From sequence record PQ657772.1: DNA of 64,000 nucleotides, one strand, 5' to 3'. Shown here piece after piece: positions 53,926 through 64,000 of the stretch. Both the position numbers and the translations under genes were made by a program. How positions within the stretch are numbered: position 1 is the first letter of the stretch; the number at the start of each line of letters is the position of its first letter. The notes beneath the pieces are model-generated. The model searched no databases. It was not told the origin of the DNA and was given only the letters and a program-made list of their open reading frames with translations.

Positions 53926-56589
53926 ATGGCAGATACAAGTAAGAAATATGCCCAACAACAGTTGGGTCGTTTTGACCCTTCGTACCCACAACTAGCAACC
54001 GTGATGGATAACCGTGACCCAACTAAATCCGGTAAGCTAAAAGTGTGGATTCAAGGTTCACAAAGTGATAAAAATTCAAAAGAGTCATGGATTGAAGCAT
54101 CATACATGTCTCCATTCGCTGGCAAAACTCCAGGGATACCAAGTGCTGATGCTTATGGTCAATATCCAAAGGGATATGGTTTTTGGGCGGTTCCACCTGA
54201 TGTCGGATGTACTGTTGTTGTTATATTTGCACAAGCAAGAACATTCCAAGCGTATTGGATTGGTTGTGTTTATGACCAACGTATGAATACGATGGTTCCT
54301 GGGATGGCTACTGAAATAAGCAACTATGCTGGTACTGATATGCCATTACCCGTAACTGATTATGACCGTAATACAATTTCTACCAGTACTCAAGACAAAT
54401 ATGCAAACGTTCCAATTATTGCAGGTCTGAAAAAACAAAACTTACTTTATGATGAGGAAGCGGGTGTTGCTAACCGTAGCAGTACTCGCCAGACCACCAG
54501 TACTGTTTATGGTCTTTCCTCACCTCGTGGTAACAGTTTTATTATTGATGATGGTTACACAGAAGAAGAATTAACAGCACCTACATGGGATCAAGATCCA
54601 GATGGTTATCAGGATACCCAATTCAATAACCCAGTGAACGATACTCGTGTTGGTTCTCGTAAAAATGAAGGCGTTGTAATTAAAACACGTAGTGGTGCAC
54701 AGTTGTTGTTATCTGAAGCCTCTGGTGATGTTCTTTTAATTAACCGTGATGGTACTGCACGTATTAAATTCACTGGTGAAGGTGATATTGAAATGCACTG
54801 TGATAAGAATATTAACATTCGTGCAGGTCAAGATATTAACATGGTTGCTGGACGCTCATATAATATTGAAAGTGGAGCAGACTTCAATGCTCGTGTTGGT
54901 GCAAACACTAAACTAGATTTGGTTGGTGCATTGGATGCTAAAGTTGGTGGTCAGGTTGTTATTAACGCTGGAGCAGATTTACGTTTAGTAACAGCAGCTT
55001 CATTACGTATGCAAAGTGGTAGCAGTACTGATATAACTGCTGGTTCTAATGCGTCAATCTCTGCTGCTACCAGTGCTAATCTTATTGGTTCTTCATCAGC
55101 TATTATTAGTGGTGGTGGTCAAACTCTTACTGTTAACAGTGGTGGTAATAGTGGTACTGCTGAATTTAATGCACCAAACTTCCGCACCCCATCTGCTGGC
55201 TTGAATGATCATATACATGATATATCGGCTTGGGTTGATGCTGAGAATCACGGCAGTACGGTTGAACCTCCACGTCAAGGTGGTGGTAGTGGGAATAGTG
55301 AATCCCCAGTTCAACCTGAACCTGCTAATGATGTAGCTCCAACTTTAGCTCCAGTACAGGACACTGAAGCAATTCAATATGTAAATTATACAACAGAAAC
55401 AGAACAAGTTCAAACACAAGATTTAATGACTTCTGATCCTGGTATGACTGGTTATAGCATTACTTATGAAGGTCTTCATATGTTCATGCCGTGTAGTGGA
55501 ACCATTCGCCAATACGGTTATTGGGGGAAAGGTGTCCCGACTAGTGGTGGTGGTAAAGCTGATAGAAGTGGCTGGGAAATACAGTGCAAGGGTGATGTTG
55601 TAGCTCCAGATGGCGGTGTAGTTGTTATCACTAATGGTGCTTTATTGGTTCAACATAAGTCTGGATATAAATCTGTATTTTATAATATTCAATCAGATTT
55701 GCTCAATAAAGACGTTGTTCAAAAAGGTCAAGTTATCGGTAAAGCTAATGGTGTTATTCAATTTGAAATAAGAGTTACCTCTGCCAACGTACTAGGATTT
55801 AGTGGTTCAGTTGACCCTGGATTATTCTATGCATCCCAGACTGGTACAGGTTCTGAAGCGGGAAATAAAACATTAATTGCAGGACAAGCAACGAACCAAG
55901 CAGCACCGAAAGCTGTTGTTCAACCTTCTGTTGATAGTGATGAATTAGTTGTAACAACTAAAATTAAAACTATCGGTACTGGGTATTCTCAACGTGGTTC
56001 TCGTCATGTTCCTCGTCGTAGAAGAACACAACGTTCAGGTGGTACTCCAGCACCTACTGCACAAGAATCATACAATGTGGGTAATGTTGATAAGACTGCA
56101 ATTGATTGGAAAGTTGTTCCAGGTGATTCACAATTTATTTCTGAATTGAAAGAATATGAAGGAACAATGGCGTATCAACAAGCTAAAGGATATTACCGCA
56201 ATGGTAAATTCTGGAGATATTTGGACAGTCGTGGGTTCCCAACTATTGGTTACGGTCACTTGATTGTTAGTGGTGAAAACTTCTCTGGTGGGATTACCGA
56301 ACAGGAAGCCAATGATATGTTGGTGCGTGATAGTAGTAAGGCTATATATGACGCAAAATCCATTTACGCTTCTTATAAGATGAAAACACCTTACATGGCA
56401 CAACAAGTTCTATGTCAAATGGTATTCCAGATGGGTAAAGGTGGTGTAATGAAATTTAAGTCAATGCTATCTGAAATGGCAAAAGGTAACTACAAGCAAG
56501 CTGCTGCTCAAATTCGAAATTCAGCTTGGTATCGTCAAACTACACGCCGTGCTGAATTAATGGCACGTAGATTAGAGGCATGTCAATAA
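53926..56589 (+). CDS. Baseplate hub / cell-puncturing protein (gp5-like) with C-terminal lysozyme
   Basis: OB-fold DPTKSGKLKV...PPDVG, beta-helix repeats, degenerate M23-like segment, T4-lysozyme motifs EYEG...DSRGFPTIGYGH. Confidence 0.9.
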   Translation: MADTSKKYAQQQLGRFDPSYPQLATVMDNRDPTKSGKLKVWIQGSQSDKNSKESWIEASYMSPFAGKTPGIPSADAYGQYPKGYGFWAVPPDVGCTVVVIFAQARTFQAYWIGCVYDQRMNTMVPGMATEISNYAGTDMPLPVTDYDRNTISTSTQDKYANVPIIAGLKKQNLLYDEEAGVANRSSTRQTTSTVYGLSSPRGNSFIIDDGYTEEELTAPTWDQDPDGYQDTQFNNPVNDTRVGSRKNEGVVIKTRSGAQLLLSEASGDVLLINRDGTARIKFTGEGDIEMHCDKNINIRAGQDINMVAGRSYNIESGADFNARVGANTKLDLVGALDAKVGGQVVINAGADLRLVTAASLRMQSGSSTDITAGSNASISAATSANLIGSSSAIISGGGQTLTVNSGGNSGTAEFNAPNFRTPSAGLNDHIHDISAWVDAENHGSTVEPPRQGGGSGNSESPVQPEPANDVAPTLAPVQDTEAIQYVNYTTETEQVQTQDLMTSDPGMTGYSITYEGLHMFMPCSGTIRQYGYWGKGVPTSGGGKADRSGWEIQCKGDVVAPDGGVVVITNGALLVQHKSGYKSVFYNIQSDLLNKDVVQKGQVIGKANGVIQFEIRVTSANVLGFSGSVDPGLFYASQTGTGSEAGNKTLIAGQATNQAAPKAVVQPSVDSDELVVTTKIKTIGTGYSQRGSRHVPRRRRTQRSGGTPAPTAQESYNVGNVDKTAIDWKVVPGDSQFISELKEYEGTMAYQQAKGYYRNGKFWRYLDSRGFPTIGYGHLIVSGENFSGGITEQEANDMLVRDSSKAIYDAKSIYASYKMKTPYMAQQVLCQMVFQMGKGGVMKFKSMLSEMAKGNYKQAAAQIRNSAWYRQTTRRAELMARRLEACQ

Positions 56590-56626
56590 ATATTTCAGTA
56601 CTATAAATAATAATGAGGAAATCTTT

Positions 56627-57115
56627 ATGAGTAAATGGGAAATCAAAAATACCGACGAACAATTTTTTAAAGAAATTAAAGAATTTGAAGGTACTATTGC
56701 GTATCAGAAAAAACTTGGTTATTTTAAAAATGATAAGTTTTGGGTATATAAAGACAGTCTAGGTCTTGATACCATTGGTTACGGTCACCTTGTACTTAAG
56801 GGTGAAAGTTTCAAAAATGGACTCACTGAAGCAGAAGCTGATGCTCTCCTTATAAAAGATGCTCAGACCGCTTACAATGACGCAAAATCAATCTATGATC
56901 AATTTGGAATGACTGCTCCAGTACAGGTTCAGCGTGTATTGTGGTTTATGGTGTTCCAAATGGGTAAATCAAAAGTTTTAAATTTCAAAAAAGCGATGGC
57001 TGCTCTCGGTCGTGGTGATTATAAAACTGCTGGTAAAGAAATGCGTGATAGTTCGTGGTACAAACAAACCACATCCAGAGCGGAGAAGATGGCTCGCATC
57101 GTCGAATCCGTATAA
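56627..57115 (+). CDS. T4-type lysozyme (GH24)
   Basis: EFEG...DSLGLDTIGYGHL...MVFQMG..KVLNFKK...DSSWYKQT; TATAAATA at 56602..56609. Confidence 0.93.
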   Translation: MSKWEIKNTDEQFFKEIKEFEGTIAYQKKLGYFKNDKFWVYKDSLGLDTIGYGHLVLKGESFKNGLTEAEADALLIKDAQTAYNDAKSIYDQFGMTAPVQVQRVLWFMVFQMGKSKVLNFKKAMAALGRGDYKTAGKEMRDSSWYKQTTSRAEKMARIVESV

Positions 57116-57130
57116 TAAAGGAAACACATA

Positions 57131-57526
57131 ATGGCAATTGTTTTTAAAGGTTTTTCAACTCCAGTAGTTGGAAGAACTGAAACATTGTATGACAGTGAAT
57201 TGGTTCGTCAGGATTTAATGAATCATTTCAATACAAAAAAAGGTGAACGTGCATTTGATGCTGATTATGGGTTCATTGCGTGGGATTTGCTATTTGAATT
57301 GGATGGTTATAATACAATCAACCTTTTGGAAGCAGATGCCCGTAGAATTATTAGCTTGGACCCACGTTTAAGCTTAAAGAAACTTCAAATATCAAGAATT
57401 GAGTACGGTTATCAGATGGATATAGTACTTGAATATGTTGTTCTCAATACTCTTGAAGAATTAACTATAGTTTTTGATGCAAGAAGTAACAACAGAATGG
57501 CTACCTATTCTGTATCATCTTTGTAA
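57131..57526 (+). CDS. Baseplate wedge subunit (gp25-like)
   Basis: LVRQDLMNHFNTKKGER...YG...DPR. Confidence 0.88.
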   Translation: MAIVFKGFSTPVVGRTETLYDSELVRQDLMNHFNTKKGERAFDADYGFIAWDLLFELDGYNTINLLEADARRIISLDPRLSLKKLQISRIEYGYQMDIVLEYVVLNTLEELTIVFDARSNNRMATYSVSSL

Positions 57527-57531
57527 ATTAT

Positions 57532-57570
57532 AAAAGCACTCTTCGGGGTGCTTTTCTTTTTGGATAAATA
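57532..57570 (+). terminator. Terminator followed by late promoter
   Basis: aaaagcactc-ttcg-gggtgctttt then GATAAATA at 57563..57570. Confidence 0.78.
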
Positions 57571-57628
57571 TTTCTATATATAATTCCCAGTACTGAACTA
57601 GTACTTTACTGATTTAAAGGAATAAATT

Positions 57629-60600
57629 ATGTCACAACAAAAAAGGCAATCAAATTTATACGCTGGTGAAGATTGGACTCAAGTATATGAAAGCTTTTAT
57701 AAGATCAATCTAACAGCTTATGACTTTGATACAATCCGTCAAAGTATGATTGACTATCTACGTGCTACGTACCCAGATTCGTTCAACGACTGGATCGAAA
57801 ACGACCAGTTCATCTTTATTCTAGATACCATTTCTATGCTAGGACAGAACTTAGCATTCCGTATGGATTTAAACACTCGTGAGAACTTCCTAGATACTGC
57901 TACTCGTCGTGCATCAGTACTGAAACTCGCAAAAATGATTTCTTACTCTCCACGCCGTTCATATCCAGGTCGTGCAGTTGCTAAATTAACAGAAATAAAA
58001 ACCAACCAAGACGTTCGTAATAGTTTTAACGAATCACTTAAGGATAAAATCATTCGTTGGAATGACCCAATGGACACAAACTGGTATGAGAACTTCATTC
58101 TAGTTATGAACAGTTCATTTGTCAGTACTAACCAGTTTGGTAATCCGGTTAAACGTATCGATATCAATGGTGTTTCTCGTCAGCTATATCGTATGAATAC
58201 AATTCCAATGTCAGCACCAAGTCTTCCATTCACAGCTACAGTTAATGGTGAATCGATGACATTTGAAGTTGTCAACCCTGATATTACAGCAGTTGGTGTT
58301 GAAGAGCGTCACCCTGAACCACAAGAGCAAAAATATATCGTTTATCAGAATGATGGTAACGGATTTAGTTCACCAAATACTGGTTTCTTCGTTTATTTTG
58401 TTCAAGGGACATTGACATACCAAGATTACCAATATAATATTCGTGAAGAAAACCGTATCCAAGACATCAACGTAGATAATATCAACGAAACTGATGTTTG
58501 GGTTCAGGAAATCAACGAAGATGGTATTGTACGTACTAAATGGACCAAAGTTCCATCTATGGAAAGTATCGCATACAATACTGTTAACCGTCAACTAAAA
58601 ACAATCTTTGCTGTCACAACTCGTGATAAAGACCAGATTACTATTAAGTATCCTGATTCTCGTAGTGGTGTTGTTCCTCGTGGGACGTATCGTGTATGGT
58701 ATCGTGTTAGTAATGGTGAAACATACAACATTAAAACGTCTGAAATCCAGAACAAAAGTGTAAAATACACCTATAGAACCAAAACACAATCAAGCTATGA
58801 ATCCAGTACTTTGGATATTCGTTTCACATTGCAATATGAATCAGATCGTGCACAAAGTGCAGAAACAATTGAACAAATTAAGGCTCGTGCTCCACAAATG
58901 TATTACACTCAAAACCGTTTTGTTAACGGCGAAGACTATAACATTGCTCCGTTGAGTTTGGGTAACACAGTTCTTAAATCTAAAGCAATTAACCGTTTAT
59001 ATAGTGGACAGTCACGATTCATTGATATTAATGATCCAACTGGTAAGTATCAAAACACTGATGTGTTTAGTGATGATGGTTCAATGTATCAAGAAAACAC
59101 ACAATTTAATAAATCTTTACAATTACCAACTACCAAAACAAATGCTAGTATTGTAATTGATAATATTCAGCCATTGATTGGTGAGAATGCTGTAATCCAA
59201 CGTTATCAAGCATATCCACCGAATACAATTGGTATTGAAATTCAACAAAAATGGACACCTGAATACAATTCTAATTACGCAACTAATACGTATGGTCGTA
59301 TTATGGGGGCAACAGGTAACGTATTCGGAAATTATCAAGTTGGTACGTTGATTAAGTTTTCAAATGCCGGAACTACTGTGTGGGCTAGTATTGTTAGTGT
59401 TCTTGATAATGGATATTACGTTCTAAGTACTTCAGTTTCATCAAATATGCAAGCACAAGAGTACATTTTACAATACAGAACACGTTTTAATAGTGTCGAA
59501 GTGCAAGCAATCGCTGCAATGCTTGATAAAAAGACAGATTTTGTTATTATTCATGATAAAGAAACAACTTCTTGGATTCCATTAGAAATCAGTACTGATG
59601 AAGATACTATTTCTTATAATGGAAATGAAGTTCTTGTTATGATTAACATCAAATATACTGCTGAAACATGGGAATTTGATGCGAATGGCGTTGAATATGT
59701 GTTCGTTGGTGGTGATAAAGTTCGTTTTTACTTCGTTTCTTCTAAAAAGATAACTGATATTAGTACTGGTAGTGTTCAAAGTGACAAAATTGAAATTTTA
59801 TCATCAAATACCACAAGCAATAGTAATGCTGGGTTAACAAGTAACATTGATTTCCAAATTTATGATACAATTCAACAAGAAAACGGGTATCTTGATGGTT
59901 CTCGTGTGGTTATCACCTCTGAAAACGTTGATAGTAATGGAATCCCACTAGAACCTAATCAATTCAGAGAAATTGTACCAAATTGGACTGGTGAAGATTC
60001 AGTTAAATATGGTGGTATATTGGTTTTCCAAGAAAACGATGATTTCACTATATCAGTACTGTCATTACCGAGCGATACTTTCACTATTCTTGATTCTTCA
60101 TGGGCTTATACAATGGATCAGGCACTTGCAGAAACTAATGCGTATAAGAGAAGTGAATTTGTTCGCAACAATGCTATTCGCTCAACAACATTGAGTGGTA
60201 TCTATAGTAAAGGTTCAGGCTTTATGGTTGGCTTTAAATACGATGGTAAATATTACTTCATAGAACAAACTGTTGGTAATAATAATGACCGTTTGAACCA
60301 ATTAATTGAGAACTTGACCTATTCTGATGATACAACTGCTGCAACTCCTGAACTTGCGTTTTATCGTGCTATTGTTAATATCGGTACTAATGCTGATGTT
60401 AACCAGAAGTTAGATTATTATGGTTATAAAGATGTAACTTCACAATATACCGTAAAAACGAATGCAAGAACTGGTATTGACTTCCACTGGAAACATTATG
60501 CACCAGATGATAATCGCATTGACCCAAGTAGAACAAATTTGATTGACATGTATGTATTAACCAATTCATACAAAACTGAAGTTGATGTATGGTTGAAGAA

Positions 60601-61090
60601 TGGAACACAAGGTAATATTCCTAAACCGCCAACATCTGTTGAATTGAAAGACATTTTTAAAGAAGTTGAACAAAAAATAGTCATCAGTGACAGTATTATT
60701 TGGCATAGTGCAGAATATCTACCATTATTTGGTGCGAGTGCTGCTGAAGATTATAAAGCAGATTTCAAAGTTGTAAAATTGCCTAACAGTACAATGAGTG
60801 ATGATGAAATTCGTCAAAATGTAGTAGCACTAACTAACGAGTATTTTAATGTTGATAACTGGGACTTTGGTGAAAGTTTCTATTACACAGACTTGTGTAC
60901 ATACATTCACTCCCAATTAGGACGACATATTAGTACTATTGTTATCGTAGCTCAAAACCCTAACTCTAAATTTGGCTCACTATTTGAAATCCCTTCACGT
61001 TCTGACCAGATTTTCTTAAGTACTGCATCAGTTGATAACGTACAGATAGTCAATTCCTTGGCTAAGAGTAACATTAACATTGGTTCATAA
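57629..61090 (+). CDS. Baseplate wedge protein (gp6-like)
   Basis: DFDTIRQSMIDYL, ENFLDTATRRASVLKLAKMISY and TQNRFVNGEDY motifs. Confidence 0.9.
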   Translation: MSQQKRQSNLYAGEDWTQVYESFYKINLTAYDFDTIRQSMIDYLRATYPDSFNDWIENDQFIFILDTISMLGQNLAFRMDLNTRENFLDTATRRASVLKLAKMISYSPRRSYPGRAVAKLTEIKTNQDVRNSFNESLKDKIIRWNDPMDTNWYENFILVMNSSFVSTNQFGNPVKRIDINGVSRQLYRMNTIPMSAPSLPFTATVNGESMTFEVVNPDITAVGVEERHPEPQEQKYIVYQNDGNGFSSPNTGFFVYFVQGTLTYQDYQYNIREENRIQDINVDNINETDVWVQEINEDGIVRTKWTKVPSMESIAYNTVNRQLKTIFAVTTRDKDQITIKYPDSRSGVVPRGTYRVWYRVSNGETYNIKTSEIQNKSVKYTYRTKTQSSYESSTLDIRFTLQYESDRAQSAETIEQIKARAPQMYYTQNRFVNGEDYNIAPLSLGNTVLKSKAINRLYSGQSRFIDINDPTGKYQNTDVFSDDGSMYQENTQFNKSLQLPTTKTNASIVIDNIQPLIGENAVIQRYQAYPPNTIGIEIQQKWTPEYNSNYATNTYGRIMGATGNVFGNYQVGTLIKFSNAGTTVWASIVSVLDNGYYVLSTSVSSNMQAQEYILQYRTRFNSVEVQAIAAMLDKKTDFVIIHDKETTSWIPLEISTDEDTISYNGNEVLVMINIKYTAETWEFDANGVEYVFVGGDKVRFYFVSSKKITDISTGSVQSDKIEILSSNTTSNSNAGLTSNIDFQIYDTIQQENGYLDGSRVVITSENVDSNGIPLEPNQFREIVPNWTGEDSVKYGGILVFQENDDFTISVLSLPSDTFTILDSSWAYTMDQALAETNAYKRSEFVRNNAIRSTTLSGIYSKGSGFMVGFKYDGKYYFIEQTVGNNNDRLNQLIENLTYSDDTTAATPELAFYRAIVNIGTNADVNQKLDYYGYKDVTSQYTVKTNARTGIDFHWKHYAPDDNRIDPSRTNLIDMYVLTNSYKTEVDVWLKNGTQGNIPKPPTSVELKDIFKEVEQKIVISDSIIWHSAEYLPLFGASAAEDYKADFKVVKLPNSTMSDDEIRQNVVALTNEYFNVDNWDFGESFYYTDLCTYIHSQLGRHISTIVIVAQNPNSKFGSLFEIPSRSDQIFLSTASVDNVQIVNSLAKSNINIGS

Positions 61091-61096
61091 CACATT

Positions 61097-61134
61097 AAGG
61101 CGTTCTTCGGAACGTCTTTTTTATATCATAAATA
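61097..61134 (+). terminator. Terminator followed by late promoter
   Basis: aaggcgttc-ttcg-gaacgtctttt then CATAAATA at 61127..61134. Confidence 0.78.
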
Positions 61135-61170
61135 AATCAAATGAATGAACGAATTATATGGAGTCCAAAA

Positions 61171-64000
61171 ATGACTAATAATTTTAAGTTTCAACCTACA
61201 CAGATGGCTGAAGCAGTACAGAAGAAGCTTTTCATAAAAAGATTGCCTGAGTGGATGCAAGGCTTAGAAGATATTCAGAAAGTCAGTGATGATGTTATCC
61301 AACAATGGTTTAATCCGGCTGAAAACGAATTAGTTGACGGCTACATTGGTGACATGGGTTCTCCGGCAGCAGCAGGGAACATCTTCTTACACGAGTCAAC
61401 AGTCGCACGTCAACTATATCAGTTGTCCTCTGCGTATGTCTCAAGAAATGATGACTCCAGCATTCGTTCAATTCAATTTTATGATGATCTAGTTGGTTAT
61501 ATGAATCATTACGGTGCACTAACCGAAAATGAAAGCCGTTTGTTTAATGGTAAGTTCTATTCATGGACCCCACCAATTAACCCAAATAAAATGAACAACT
61601 ACAGTTCATACCTATGGGATTCCAAGAATAGCTATAATATCACAACTCCAGATTATATTGTAATGGAACGTGGTGCAGAAAATGGTAACACTTGGTCACT
61701 ACAAAACTTCTGGTACACATTAGGTGAAACTTTAGAAGATGGTACAATCCTAACTGAAGAACTAATGCAAGATTCCCGTTTTGTTCGTGCTCGTGCTCCA
61801 ATTATCGAATACAATAAAAATATCGAACTAATGAACTACGGTACTAAATTCCGTGGGACAGTTGATTTGTTCTCTGATATTATTAAACCAGAAGATATCG
61901 TACAAAAAGATATTAACAGCGGTATACGTATTGATGGTATTATTCCACAAGATGGTATGCGTATTCTTTTCACCAGTATTGGTAACAATGGTGAAAACAA
62001 CCGAATTTATAAAGTATATGTTAAACGTATGCAAGATGGAACACGTGTGTATGGTCTAGCATTAGATCCAGACGAAGAATCTGAAAGCCGTCCGAGTGGT
62101 GAACCACAAGATGGTGACGTAGTTCTTATTATCAAAGGTAATGAATTTGGTAACAGTTCCATGTATTGGGACGGTTCTCATTGGATTCAAGCACAGTCTA
62201 AAACTTCTGTGAACGTATTTCCACAATTCCAATTGTATGACCGTAATGGTGTTAAACTAAACAACACTACTACCTATCCATCAAGTACTTTTACTGGTTC
62301 TTCACTATTTGGTTTTAAAATTAACTATAATTATGCAACTGATAGCGTTTATGGTTATAACATTGAACTAGGTGATTACAATTATTACACATATGAGAAT
62401 TTCCTACAATCAACTCGTTATACTTACGAGCATTTGGGTGTGGAAGTTGAAATTGATGGACTATATTACTATAACGTAATTGGTGAAGGTAATACAATGA
62501 ACCTAGAAACTGATTGGGTTCGTAGTACTGAATACTCCAAACAATATGTTAAACAAACTCCACAGGTTGAACGTACAGTAATGTTCCGCGTGTTCAGTAC
62601 TGTTTATGACATGGAAAGTTTCAAAGATCCAGTTGAAGGAATGTATGCTTATGTAATTGAAGTTGATAGAACATATCAATATTACAAAGCAGAACGTGAA
62701 ACATATCTTGATTGGCATGTTATCGTTGGTGATGGGGTACAAAGCGTTAAGTACAATCATACATTTGAATTGGCACAAAAAGTACTAGATAATTCTGAGG
62801 ATATTATCGAACTAGTTGTTGATGGTGTGGAAATAAAAGAATACACCAAAACTGTAGTTAATAATCAAGTACAAAGTATTACAATTGATAGCTCTGTTGA
62901 TTTGGATGAAGATTCTGTTGTACAAATCAGAACTTATAGTAGCACTATCACTCCTAATAAAGAGTTGGGTGCATATGAAGTTCCAATTAACCTACAAAAT
63001 AACCCATATAATTCAAACATTGAATACATCAACCAAGGTGATTACACCCTGCACTTCCAAGATATTATTCAAAAGAATATTACATCTGGTTCTGCTGATG
63101 ACTTTAACAATTACGAAGAACGTTTGGCTGCTGGTTTGGTTAATAATGGTGTAGGTACTAAAATTATTCAAAACGAAGCGTCTATGCTACCACTAATGGC
63201 ACATACCGCTAATGAAGATATTGATTTGTTTGAATCAATCATGTTTATGCAAGCAGAATACTTCCGCTTCATCAACAAGTTCAACACTCAAATGCTTCGT
63301 TTGTATGAAGAAGATCCAAGTGCATTTCTTGGTAATAGTGCATCAAACATCGTAGATGCGATTCTAACAGCTATTAATATGGGACGTGATAGTACATTCC
63401 CATTCTACTATGACAACGTTGCAAGCACTGCTGGGTTTATTCGTGCATTTGTCCCACCAACTCCACAGTTTTTGGGTATTTTGCAAGCTTATACACCACA
63501 AAAAGCAACATTCTTAACTGCTGGTAGTAAATCTAGCTGGTATAATATCAGTCATACTGGTATTATTTCAAAAGCATACCGTGTTATCAATGGTGTTGAT
63601 AAAATGGATGACGTTGTTTTCGAATTGGAGAATCGTATCTTTAATAGTATTGACCTTACTTTCAAGGATATTGATTATAAACCAGTACTAAACAGTGAAG
63701 ACCTATTCCCAACTCCATATTTCACTGGTACTGATTATAGTGCAGAAGAAAAGAAAACTCTATTGCTACGTGGTTACATTAACTTCACAGCAACCAATGG
63801 TATTAGTAACAGTACTCATGATTATGATGCAAATAACTGGAGAACTTGGAACTATACTGGTAGTTATTATGTTGTTGATGGTCAACGTACTGAAATTCCT
63901 GCTCGTGGTTCATGGCGTGCAATCTATACTGACCAATACGGCACATATCGTCCAGCAACCCATCCGTGGGAAATGATGGGCTTCTCTCAACGTCCTACTT
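61171..64000 (+). CDS. Very large baseplate/structural protein (runs off window end)
   Basis: Frame starting MTNNFKFQPTQ behind GGAG appears open to the window end; follows gp6-like gene; absent from the ORF track, probably because it has no stop inside the window. Confidence 0.72.
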   Translation, partial: MTNNFKFQPTQMAEAVQKKLFIKRLPEWMQGLEDIQKVSDDVIQQWFNPAENELVDGYIGDMGSPAAAGNIFLHESTVARQLYQLSSAYVSRNDDSSIRSIQFYDDLVGYMNHYGALTENESRLFNGKFYSWTPPINPNKMNNYSSYLWDSKNSYNITTPDYIVMERGAENGNTWSLQNFWYTLGETLEDGTILTEELMQDSRFVRARAPIIEYNKNIELMNYGTKFRGTVDLFSDIIKPEDIVQKDINSGIRIDGIIPQDGMRILFTSIGNNGENNRIYKVYVKRMQDGTRVYGLALDPDEESESRPSGEPQDGDVVLIIKGNEFGNSSMYWDGSHWIQAQSKTSVNVFPQFQLYDRNGVKLNNTTTYPSSTFTGSSLFGFKINYNYATDSVYGYNIELGDYNYYTYENFLQSTRYTYEHLGVEVEIDGLYYYNVIGEGNTMNLETDWVRSTEYSKQYVKQTPQVERTVMFRVFSTVYDMESFKDPVEGMYAYVIEVDRTYQYYKAERETYLDWHVIVGDGVQSVKYNHTFELAQKVLDNSEDIIELVVDGVEIKEYTKTVVNNQVQSITIDSSVDLDEDSVVQIRTYSSTITPNKELGAYEVPINLQNNPYNSNIEYINQGDYTLHFQDIIQKNITSGSADDFNNYEERLAAGLVNNGVGTKIIQNEASMLPLMAHTANEDIDLFESIMFMQAEYFRFINKFNTQMLRLYEEDPSAFLGNSASNIVDAILTAINMGRDSTFPFYYDNVASTAGFIRAFVPPTPQFLGILQAYTPQKATFLTAGSKSSWYNISHTGIISKAYRVINGVDKMDDVVFELENRIFNSIDLTFKDIDYKPVLNSEDLFPTPYFTGTDYSAEEKKTLLLRGYINFTATNGISNSTHDYDANNWRTWNYTGSYYVVDGQRTEIPARGSWRAIYTDQYGTYRPATHPWEMMGFSQRPT

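Overview
This AT-rich 64 kb window is the core-gene region of a T4-related jumbo myovirus. Its gene content and order resemble RaK2/GAP32-type jumbo phages (an inference; no database search was run). The left and central parts, mostly on the minus strand, carry the start of nrdA, replicative helicase, primase, a miniature Pol III alpha-like gene, UvsW, a DnaQ-like exonuclease, UvsY, RecA/UvsX, SSB, terminase, RNase H, GroES, sliding clamp, family B DNA polymerase, a tail fibre with its chaperone, two free-standing GIY-YIG-type genes and the head module (MCP, scaffold, protease, portal) followed by the tape measure gene. The right part carries a hub/tail chaperone pair, a ~700 bp non-coding structured region, endonuclease VII, gp46/gp47, a gp55-like late sigma factor and a baseplate operon running off the window end. 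No tRNA, rRNA or CRISPR array was seen. Main observations: (1) the palindrome AGTACT occurs about 125 times by eye count against about 22 expected; (2) terL is interrupted by one extra base inside its Walker A codons and is preceded by a degenerate TerL-like paralogue; (3) a promoter-driven, hairpin-rich non-coding region at 45.1-45.8 kb may be an R-loop origin primer or a large ncRNA; (4) nine pre-replicative promoters share a non-canonical TGRGAC-N17-TATAAT layout; (5) a probable programmed -1 frameshift (T TTT TTC) joins the gp26-like and gp51-like genes; (6) a 212-aa C-family polymerase core keeps all three catalytic Asp.
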